A model generated the notes under the pieces. That model saw only the letters and a program-made list of their open reading frames with translations. It made no database searches and was not told the DNA's origin. Positions 1-8,440 of a stretch of 64,000 bases of DNA are shown here, piece by piece. Source of the stretch: a virus. A program made the translations under genes and the position numbers. The stretch's first letter is position 1, and each line of letters starts with the position of its first letter. Where the stretch lies: IMG/VR virus record IMGVR_UViG_3300027749_000062, positions 40,242-104,241 of that record. One strand, written 5' to 3'.

Positions 1-672
1 ATTAAGTGTAAGTGTAGTAATTTCTTTTGTGCTACTGAAGCTAACCACCATTCCATCACTAGGTGAAGCAGGCATTGTAATGGTTCCGGTAAGCAATGTA
101 CCGGCCGGGTTGATTATCAGCGTGTTGTAGGTGCTGAAAGTATATGAGAACCCCGTAGTCGGGACTAGGTAGTCGTAGTTTTGCACTACGCCTTTACCAG
201 TGGATTTAATTGTGCCCGCGAACGTGGCGTTTTGGCTTGTGTCAATAGTGACCGCTGTGTTTCCATTAGTAGCAATAGTAACTGGACCACCAGACGAGGC
301 CACAGATACGTTAGATGTGCCGTTAGAAATGGATGTTGTTGACAGAGTAGTCCAAGTAGGTGATGCACTCGATCCTGCTGAAGTCAGAACTTGTCCGTTT
401 GTTCCAAAAGATGGTGTAGAACCTAAACCTATTGCTTGACTTGAATTAAGTGTGAGCGCAGTAGTTCCTGCACTTTTTAATGTGAGTGATGTAGCTGCTG
501 CCGAAGTGATAGTGTTTGATGTAATTGAACCATTAAATGTTACATTTTGATTAGAATCGATAAGAACTGCATTAGCTGAACTTGTACCAGTTTGTATTTG
601 CAGATTGCCAGATAAATCTGACCTTACTGTAAATGCTGTTGTGAGTAAAGTTCCAGTTGATAGTGTGCTCAT
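1..672 (-). CDS. Tail fibre-like protein (partial, runs off window start)
   Basis: Not in ORF track; read by hand from ATG at 672: MSTLSTGTLLTTAFTVRSDLSGNLQIQTG...GTNGQVLTSAGSSASPTW..., open to position 1; GQVLTS..G..PTW is a common fibre motif. Confidence 0.75.
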   Translation of the reverse strand, partial: MSTLSTGTLLTTAFTVRSDLSGNLQIQTGTSSANAVLIDSNQNVTFNGSITSNTITSAAATSLTLKSAGTTALTLNSSQAIGLGSTPSFGTNGQVLTSAGSSASPTWTTLSTTSISNGTSNVSVASSGGPVTIATNGNTAVTIDTSQNATFAGTIKSTGKGVVQNYDYLVPTTGFSYTFSTYNTLIINPAGTLLTGTITMPASPSDGMVVSFSSTKEITTLTLN

Positions 673-681
673 TTTTTTATT

Positions 682-2925
682 TTATAAAATTATCCATCGT
701 TGTCCACTCGCAACATTAACATAGTAACTACTAGCTATGGTTAATGGGCCAACGGAAAGTCCATTTGTATTTGCTGCAATCGTTGCATTACTGGTTATAT
801 ATGTACTGTTGAGAAGAATTAATGGAGCAGGACCAGTATTTGCCACAGCGAAAGCTGCATTAGCTTGCGTGAAAGCACCGTTAGCATATATGCTGGCACT
901 ATTAGCCTGTGCATATGCGGAGTTAGCATATGTACCAGTTGTATTTTGACTACCATATGCAGAATTCGCTTGAGTGAATGCAGCTGTAATGCTGGTGTTT
1001 TGGGTTAAATTGATTGCATTTGATGAAGTAAAAGCCGCATTGGCTTGTACGAAAGAACCATTGGCATATATTGAAGCACCATTAGCTTGTGCATATGCGG
1101 AGTTAGCATATGAACCAGACGTTATGGCATTAGCATTTGCATTATTGGCCGCCAAATATGCTGAGTTGGCATATGTACCAGTTACATTTTGACCACTATA
1201 TGATGCATTAGCTTGTACGAAAGCACCATTGGCATATATCTGCGCTGAGTTTGCGGTATAGTATGCTGAGTTGGCATAAGTTGCGCTTACATTTTGAGAA
1301 TTGAAAGCCGCATTTGCTTGTACAAAAGCACCGTTAGCATATATCTGTGCTGAGTTTGCAGTATAGTATGCTGAGTTGGCATATGTACCGGTCACATTTT
1401 GTGATGTATATGCAGCATTCGCTTGTACAAAAGCACCGTTAGCATATACACCAGCTGAATTGGCGGCTACAAATGCAGAGTTGGCGTAAATACCAGTTGT
1501 GTTCTGTGAACCATAAGCTGAATTCGCTTGAGTGAATGCAGATGAAATACTTGTATTATGTGTGCTGAATACCGAATTAGCAAATATGTATACTGCGTTA
1601 GCCTGTACAAAAGCACCATTAGCATAAACACCAGATGTTATTGCGTTGGCGTTTGCATTATTAGCCGCCAGATAAGCTGAATTAGCATAGATACCAGTTG
1701 TTATAGAATTAGCATTGGCACCATTAGCTGCTAGATAAGCTGAGTTAGCATAGGTACCAGTTACATTCTGTGAACCATAAGCCGCATTAGCTTGTACGAA
1801 AGCACCATTTGCATATATCTGCGCTGAGTTTGCAGTATAATACGATGAATTGGCATAGGTACCAGTTGTTATTGCATTGGCATTGGCGTTGTTAGCTGCC
1901 AGATAAGCTGAATTGGCATATGTACCGGTTACATTCTGAGAAGCATATGATGAGTTTGCTTGTGTAAATGCTGATGAAATACTGGTATTCTGTGTGCTGA
2001 ATACCGAATTAGCAAATATGTATACCGCATTTGCTTGAGTAAATGCGGAATTAGCATAGGCACCAGATGTTATAGCATTTGCGTTGGCATTATTTGCGGC
2101 TAGATACGCTGAATTGGCATAGGTACCAGATGTTATCGCATTCGCATTGGCGTTGTTAGCCGCTAAGTAAGCTGAATTGGCATATGTACCGGTTACATTC
2201 TGAGAAGCATAAGCCGCATTAGCTTGTACAAAGGCACCATTAGCATATAGACTTGCGCTATTGGCTTGTGCATATGCTGAATTGGCGTAAGTGCCAGTTA
2301 CATTCTGACTACCATAAGCCGCATTAGCTTGTACGAAGGCACCATTGGCATATAACTGAGCTGAATTAGCCGTATAATATGCTGAGTTAGCATAAGTGCC
2401 TGTAGTTATTGCATTAGCATTAGCATTGTTAGCTGCTAGGTATGCTGAGTTGGCGTATGTACCTGTTACGTTTTGAGAACCATAAGCCGCATTAGCTTGT
2501 ACGAAAGCACCATTTGCATATATCTGCGCTGAGTTTGCAGTAAAATAAGCAGAATTGGCGTATGTACCTGTTACGTTTTGAGAACCATAAGCCGCATTGG
2601 CTTGTACAAAAGCTCCGTTAGCATATATTTGTGCAGAGTTAGCTGTATAGTATGCTGAGTTAGCGTATGATGCTGTCGCTGCAGGTGATGTTGTTTGTGT
2701 TGTTCCATCGACAAAGGTTATACCATTGCCTGTACCTGTAATTACATGATTTCCAGTATACACATTACCAACAACACCCAAACCACCAATCGATATGACA
2801 AGCGCACCAGTTAAATTTGATGTAGAATTATTTGCTCCAGAAATAGAAACATTTGAGCCTACCGTTATAAAGGTATCTACTGATGTATTTCCGTATATTC
2901 TTGTTCCACTTAGAAGTTTTGCCAT
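682..2925 (-). CDS. Ala/Asn heptad-repeat fibre protein
   Basis: 747 aa, mostly AN(S/G/A)Axxx heptads between short beta-rich termini. Confidence 0.7.
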   Translation of the reverse strand: MAKLLSGTRIYGNTSVDTFITVGSNVSISGANNSTSNLTGALVISIGGLGVVGNVYTGNHVITGTGNGITFVDGTTQTTSPAATASYANSAYYTANSAQIYANGAFVQANAAYGSQNVTGTYANSAYFTANSAQIYANGAFVQANAAYGSQNVTGTYANSAYLAANNANANAITTGTYANSAYYTANSAQLYANGAFVQANAAYGSQNVTGTYANSAYAQANSASLYANGAFVQANAAYASQNVTGTYANSAYLAANNANANAITSGTYANSAYLAANNANANAITSGAYANSAFTQANAVYIFANSVFSTQNTSISSAFTQANSSYASQNVTGTYANSAYLAANNANANAITTGTYANSSYYTANSAQIYANGAFVQANAAYGSQNVTGTYANSAYLAANGANANSITTGIYANSAYLAANNANANAITSGVYANGAFVQANAVYIFANSVFSTHNTSISSAFTQANSAYGSQNTTGIYANSAFVAANSAGVYANGAFVQANAAYTSQNVTGTYANSAYYTANSAQIYANGAFVQANAAFNSQNVSATYANSAYYTANSAQIYANGAFVQANASYSGQNVTGTYANSAYLAANNANANAITSGSYANSAYAQANGASIYANGSFVQANAAFTSSNAINLTQNTSITAAFTQANSAYGSQNTTGTYANSAYAQANSASIYANGAFTQANAAFAVANTGPAPLILLNSTYITSNATIAANTNGLSVGPLTIASSYYVNVASGQRWIIL

Positions 2926-5900
2926 AGTATGTTATTTATTCTAGGTTAAAAAGGTGTGATAGTGTAAGTGTATTCATCAAAGTAACCACTGACCATATAC
3001 GTTCCAGTGTTGGTTCTGCGTTCGGCAAAATCTGGAGTCACTATCACTCCAGTAGCACCTATTCCCTGATAAGGAGTTAAATATCCTGCTTCAAATTGAG
3101 CACCCCAACCATAAAATCCTGTTGCACCGTCACCTACATAAGTAGGGTTTACAAGGCTGGCATTAGTGGTACTTTTTGTTATACCAATACTACCTGTTAA
3201 TGTTCCGGCTCCTGCTAATGCGGTATTGGTGATATTACCAGTTACACTTACTCTATACCATCCATTTCCTTTTGGTTCGGAAGTTGAAGTAATATATGTT
3301 CCGCTACCGGATGTTGCTATATTATTAATAACTCCGGTAGATGGATTTACATTTATGCCGATTCTATCAGGTTGTTGATATCCTGTTGCAAAATATAAAG
3401 TTAAGTAGGTCGATGCAGAATATGATTTTACATGTACCGACCATGTATAAGTAGCAACTCTTTCTAATACAGTCATTGGATCTGTGAGTATTGTATGTCT
3501 ACCTAACGGTGCTGAGTTCAATAGTAAATCTGCGGTTAGCGTACTATTAGGTGCTGCTATTGCATTTCCGGTTACTACTACTTGACCCGAGGCAGTGTTC
3601 CACCCGGTTGCGTTATCAAATTCTTGAGAAGAAATGGCTAAATTCTTAATAGGTGATTGTGTAACTTCATCAAATAGTGCCGCATATACTCCTGCGGGTC
3701 CTACTTTAACAGAACTATAGGCTACTTCATCAAATGCCACACTTGATTGAAGTATTCCAGTGGGAAACAGTTTAGTTATAGTTGTTGCCATTATCCAAAT
3801 ACCGTGTCTAAACTACCTGTAGCTGAGTTATAATATTGATAGACTACACTTACATTGCTATTGACAAATCCAACTCTATTACCAACATAAATACTGTCTG
3901 CAACGCCGACACCACCAAACACTTGTAATGCACCTGTAGTATTTGATATAGATGTGGTTGTATTTGTTATTATTAAATTACCAGTAATTGTTACATTACC
4001 GGTAATTGTACCACCAGTATTTGCATTGACTGTATTGTTTGCTCTTGTATAAGCCGCATTAGCTTGTACAAAAGCACCATTGGCATATAATGATGACGAG
4101 TTTGCAACATTAAATCCGGCGTTTGATTGTACAAAAGCACCGTTAGCATATAGTTGTGCTGAGTTTGCAGTAAAGTAAGCAGAATTGGCATATGTGCCGG
4201 TTACATTCTGACTACCGTAAGCAGCATTCGCCTGAACAAATCCACCGTTAGCATAAAGTTGTGCCGAGTTAGCCGTATAGTAAGCTGAGTTGGCATATGA
4301 ACCAGTCGTGTTCTGACTTATGTAAGCTGCATTTGCCTGTGTATATGCATTTGTGATATAAGTGAATACATTATATCCACTAACATATATTGTGTTGGCT
4401 ATGACATTTGCTTTTACAGTATTAGCTATTAGATTTGCACGTTGATAAGAAGGATCTGTAATTATAATATTGTTATTGGGTGATACTTCTGGTGTATAAC
4501 CTTCAAATATATTCCATTCTTTTGTATCCGAATCTCGGAAAAAACCTGTGTGTGCGTTTGTTCCATTATTATAATGTGCAGCAAAACCAATATCTAATGC
4601 ATCTGAGTAATAATTTCCTAAACCCAATAATATCAAAGTATCTTTTACAGTAAAAGATTCAGTATTGGTTGTTATAGTAGTACCTAATACAGTCAAGTTA
4701 CCTTGAATTGTTGCATCTTGGACAATGGTTAAATTGCCTGTAATTGTTCCGCCTGCCAAAGGTAAAGCATTATTAGCTTTCAAGAATGCAGAGTTTGCAT
4801 ATGACCCAGCTGAATTAGCAAAACTAAGTGCAGTATTGGCATATGTACCTGTCACATTCTGGCTACTATAAGAAGCATTGGCTTGTACAAAAGCACCATT
4901 TGCATATAACTGTGCTGAATTGGCCGTATAATATGCCGAGTTAGCATATGTGCCTGTAGTTATTGCATTTGCATTGGCGCCGTTAGCTGCTAGATAAGCC
5001 GAGTTTGCATAAGAACCAGATGTTATGGCATTCGCATTTGCATTATTAGCCGCCAGATAAGCTGAGTTAGCATAAGTTCCTGTTACATTTTGACTAGTGT
5101 ATGATGCATTTGCCTGTACGAATGCACCATTAGCATATAACTGTGCTGAATTGGCGGTGTAATATGCTGAGTTTGCATAAGAACCAGATGTTATTGCATT
5201 CGCATTTGCGTTATTAGCCGCTAAGTAAGCTGAATTAGCATAAGTTCCTGTTACATTTTGACTAGTGTATGATGCGTTAGCTTGAGTAAATGCACCATTC
5301 GCATATACACCAGCAGAATTTGCAGAAAGAAATGCTGAGTTAGCATATGCACCTGAGGTTATTGCATTTGCATTAGAATTGTTTGATGATAAAAATGCAG
5401 AATTGGCATATGAACCGAATGTTATTGCATTAGCATTCGCACCATTGGCCGCCAAATAAGCTGAGTTAGCATAGGTACCAGTTACGTTTTGGGAAGCATA
5501 AGCTGAATTTGCCTGTACAAAAGCACCATTGGCATATAACTGAGATGAATTGGCTGTATAATATGCTGCATTAGCATATGTACCTGTTACGTTTTGTGAA
5601 CTATAGGCCGCATTGGCTTGTACGAGAGCACCATTCGCATATACGCCAGCAGAATTTGCTGTTGTAAAAGATGCATTAGAATATGCATAAGGTGCAGCCG
5701 CAGTAACTTGATATGTTGTATCGGGAAATATTACACTAACTGAAGTATTAACAGAATTTGCATATATGATATTAACACCACCAATATTTCCACTCGAACC
5801 GGTTGTGGTAAAATAAGCAGCTGTTACATTATTTGCAACTGTTAAATTATTGGATACAGTTAAGTTGCCTGCTGTAATTATTGTGCTTGTATTTTGTAAT

Positions 5901-7230
5901 GCCGTATTTGCAACTCCAAAAGATGCATTGGCCTTAACAAAAGCACCATTCGCATATACACCAGCAGAATTTGCTGTTGAGAATGCTGAGTTAGCGTAAA
6001 TACCAGTAGTATTTTGAGAACTAAATGCTGAGTTAGCGTAAATACCAGTAGTATTTTGAGAACTAAATGCTGAGTTAGCGTAGGCACCAGTTGTTATTGC
6101 ATTGGCATTCGCACCATTAGCCGCCAAGTAAGCTGAATTGGCATATGTACCGGTTACATTCTGAGAAGCATATGCTGAATTTGCTTGCAAGAAAGCTGCG
6201 TTTGCCGCGCTACCAGCTGAAGTTGAATTTGCTGTTGCGAAGGCAGCATTAGCCTGAGCAAATGCACCATTAGCATATACACCAGCAGAATTTGCAGTAT
6301 AGTATGCTGAGTTAGCATATGTACCAGATGTTATTGCGTTAGCATTTGCACCATTGGCTGCTGTATATGCGGAGTTAGCATATGTGCCAGTCACATTTTG
6401 TGAAGCATATGATGAGTTTGCTTGTGCAAACGCTGATGTAATACTGGTGTTCTGTGTTAAATTAATTCCATTCGATGAAGAATAGACCGAATTTGCTTGA
6501 GTGAATGCACCATTGGCATATGTACCAGATGTTATTGCGTTGGCGTTTGCATTATTGGCTGCTAAGTAAGCTGAATTAGCATAAGTTCCAGTTACATTTT
6601 GACTAGTATATGCAGAATTGGCTTGTACAAAAGCACCATTCGCATATAAACTCGCTCCATTTGCTTGTGTAAAAGCGGAGTTAGCATAGATGCCGGTGGT
6701 ATTTTGACTATTATAAGCCGAATTGGATTGTACAAAAGCACCATTAGCATATAATGCTGCCGAATTGGCGGTATAATATGCTGAGTTGGCATATGTGCCT
6801 GTTACATTTTGACCAGTGTAAGATGCATTTGCCTGAGCAAAAGCACCATTAGCGTATATCTGTGCTGAGTTTGCGGTATAGTATGCTGAGTTAGCATAGG
6901 TTCCAGTTACGTTTTGTGTATTAAAAGCTGCATTCGCTTGAGCAAAAGAACCATTAGCGTATGTTTGTGCCGAATTGGCTGTATAGTACGCACCATTAGC
7001 ATAGGTACCTGTAGTGTTTTGGCTAATGTAGGCCGCGTTTGCCTGAATGAAAGCGCCATTAGCATATAGTGCCGCAGAATTTGCTTGAGAATGACTAGAA
7101 TTTCCATGAATATATGCTGCATTTGCTTGTAAGAAAGCTGCATTCGCTGATAAGAACGCAGAATTGGCATATGATCCAGTAGAGTTTTGACTACTATAAG
7201 ATGAGTTGGCCTGAAGATATGCGGTATTTG
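800..7230 (-). repeat. Dispersed 21-nt-unit (heptad) coding repeats, higher-order 105-nt unit, in two fibre genes
   Basis: Copies 105 nt apart at 2451 and 2556; exact 42-bp tandem at 5982-6023/6024-6065; interval includes the non-repeat gene 2946-3791. Confidence 0.9.
2946..3791 (-). CDS. Virion protein with carbohydrate-binding/spike-like beta-sandwich
   Basis: Motifs SQEFDN..W, AP..T.TAD, GNGWYRVSVT, WGAQ.E.G..TPY typical of phage spike/fibre domains. Confidence 0.6.
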   Translation of the reverse strand: MATTITKLFPTGILQSSVAFDEVAYSSVKVGPAGVYAALFDEVTQSPIKNLAISSQEFDNATGWNTASGQVVVTGNAIAAPNSTLTADLLLNSAPLGRHTILTDPMTVLERVATYTWSVHVKSYSASTYLTLYFATGYQQPDRIGINVNPSTGVINNIATSGSGTYITSTSEPKGNGWYRVSVTGNITNTALAGAGTLTGSIGITKSTTNASLVNPTYVGDGATGFYGWGAQFEAGYLTPYQGIGATGVIVTPDFAERRTNTGTYMVSGYFDEYTYTITPF

Positions 7231-7297
7231 CATAGTCACCTGCAACCCGTACATCTTTATTCTCTTGATTACCTAAAATGGTATAAATTGTCTTCAT
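3791..7297 (-). CDS. Long Ala/Asn heptad-repeat fibre protein
   Basis: 1168 aa; heptad blocks interrupted by GGTITGNL and DIGF fibre knob motifs. Confidence 0.7.
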   Translation of the reverse strand: MKTIYTILGNQENKDVRVAGDYANTAYLQANSSYSSQNSTGSYANSAFLSANAAFLQANAAYIHGNSSHSQANSAALYANGAFIQANAAYISQNTTGTYANGAYYTANSAQTYANGSFAQANAAFNTQNVTGTYANSAYYTANSAQIYANGAFAQANASYTGQNVTGTYANSAYYTANSAALYANGAFVQSNSAYNSQNTTGIYANSAFTQANGASLYANGAFVQANSAYTSQNVTGTYANSAYLAANNANANAITSGTYANGAFTQANSVYSSSNGINLTQNTSITSAFAQANSSYASQNVTGTYANSAYTAANGANANAITSGTYANSAYYTANSAGVYANGAFAQANAAFATANSTSAGSAANAAFLQANSAYASQNVTGTYANSAYLAANGANANAITTGAYANSAFSSQNTTGIYANSAFSSQNTTGIYANSAFSTANSAGVYANGAFVKANASFGVANTALQNTSTIITAGNLTVSNNLTVANNVTAAYFTTTGSSGNIGGVNIIYANSVNTSVSVIFPDTTYQVTAAAPYAYSNASFTTANSAGVYANGALVQANAAYSSQNVTGTYANAAYYTANSSQLYANGAFVQANSAYASQNVTGTYANSAYLAANGANANAITFGSYANSAFLSSNNSNANAITSGAYANSAFLSANSAGVYANGAFTQANASYTSQNVTGTYANSAYLAANNANANAITSGSYANSAYYTANSAQLYANGAFVQANASYTSQNVTGTYANSAYLAANNANANAITSGSYANSAYLAANGANANAITTGTYANSAYYTANSAQLYANGAFVQANASYSSQNVTGTYANTALSFANSAGSYANSAFLKANNALPLAGGTITGNLTIVQDATIQGNLTVLGTTITTNTESFTVKDTLILLGLGNYYSDALDIGFAAHYNNGTNAHTGFFRDSDTKEWNIFEGYTPEVSPNNNIIITDPSYQRANLIANTVKANVIANTIYVSGYNVFTYITNAYTQANAAYISQNTTGSYANSAYYTANSAQLYANGGFVQANAAYGSQNVTGTYANSAYFTANSAQLYANGAFVQSNAGFNVANSSSLYANGAFVQANAAYTRANNTVNANTGGTITGNVTITGNLIITNTTTSISNTTGALQVFGGVGVADSIYVGNRVGFVNSNVSVVYQYYNSATGSLDTVFG

Positions 7298-7298
7298 G

Positions 7299-7625
7299 TT
7301 ATGTTATTTCTAATAGACTAACTATCACATCAACTGAAGAAGCTGTATTTGTATTTACTGAAAGATAATCACCAGATTCCAATACTACTTTTTGGCCGCC
7401 GCCTATTGGAATTAAAGAACTTCCTGGATCAATCTGAGCACTTTTTACCATATAAAAATTTGAACCACTAATGTTTAAAATAACATTTGCAGATATTGAA
7501 GTATTTAATAGATTTGCAACTGACATACCAATAATTGTGGCTTGAGTTCCGGCGCCAGCTGTATACACTACTGTCGGAGATGTACCGACTGCGGCCGATC
7601 CATAATTTTTAAAACTATTTGCCAT
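7299..7625 (-). CDS. Small beta-rich virion protein
   Basis: 108 aa MANSFKN...SLLEIT, RBS AGGA, late promoter-like motif upstream. Confidence 0.6.
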   Translation of the reverse strand: MANSFKNYGSAAVGTSPTVVYTAGAGTQATIIGMSVANLLNTSISANVILNISGSNFYMVKSAQIDPGSSLIPIGGGQKVVLESGDYLSVNTNTASSVDVIVSLLEIT

Positions 7626-7651
7626 TTTTATTTCCTAATAACTTATATTTA

Positions 7652-8029
7652 TTAACCTAATGCAATCGCATAAGCCAATGCATCTGAATCAGCTGTATTT
7701 GCTTTAGAGAAAGCTGCATTTGCATAAATTCCAGTTGTATTTTGACTAGCATATGAAGAATTTGCGGCAATAAAAGCAGCATTTATTCCAGCAGTCGCAG
7801 AATTTGCAGCTGCAAAAGCTAGGTTTGATTGATTATATGCTGTAGAAACTTGCGATAAAGCAGTATTTGCAGTAGATAAAGCTGAATTAGCTACATCGTA
7901 AATTTGCTGAATCTGTTGAGATTGACTTGATGCACCTAAAAATTGTGCAGTGGATTGTACAGATGCGGGTGCTCCTGGTCCAACCCTTACACTAATTTGT
8001 GATATAGGATTTACTACTACTGTTGCCAT
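7652..8029 (-). CDS. Short fibre-associated protein
   Basis: Same AN-heptads; ends ALAYAIALG. Confidence 0.55.
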   Translation of the reverse strand: MATVVVNPISQISVRVGPGAPASVQSTAQFLGASSQSQQIQQIYDVANSALSTANTALSQVSTAYNQSNLAFAAANSATAGINAAFIAANSSYASQNTTGIYANAAFSKANTADSDALAYAIALG

Positions 8030-8394
8030 TATGCATCTGTACCATAAGAATTGGTTACACCAGTAACTCCTGGAGATACATAAATTTGTCCTTCTAACAC
8101 CCTAGAAACTTGATTTGTTGCACTTGTTGTGATAACATCATACACATACTTGCCATACGGAATGTTTGCGGTTACTGGCGCAGTTAAAGAAAGTGTTATA
8201 ATTCCGTTGTTTGCACTGGTAATTGTTGTTGTAATATTGAACGCAACATTGGCGGTGGTATAAGACTTTTTAGCTCTTGATGATACAGTAAATCCTGTAA
8301 GATTATAAGGGCTTCCGTAATCGTCAGCTAATGTTAGTTGTGATGTAAAAGTGGAACCTTGTTCCAAATATTGGTCTGAATATCCTGCGGCCAT
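8029..8394 (-). CDS. Fibre attachment/baseplate adaptor-like protein (BppU N-terminal-like)
   Basis: EQGSTF...NLTGF...G.I.LSLT...T...G.YVYDV...RVLEG.I.VSPGVT pattern. Confidence 0.6.
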   Translation of the reverse strand: MAAGYSDQYLEQGSTFTSQLTLADDYGSPYNLTGFTVSSRAKKSYTTANVAFNITTTITSANNGIITLSLTAPVTANIPYGKYVYDVITTSATNQVSRVLEGQIYVSPGVTGVTNSYGTDA

Positions 8395-8440
8395 TTGTTG
8401 TACCTTTTATTTTCTGCACTCAACATATTTATGATATTTT

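Noticed and set aside
800-7230. CRISPR array or DGR template in the repeats
   Set aside because: Repeats are in-frame coding with synonymous variation; no spacers, reverse transcriptase or adenine-specific mismatch pattern seen
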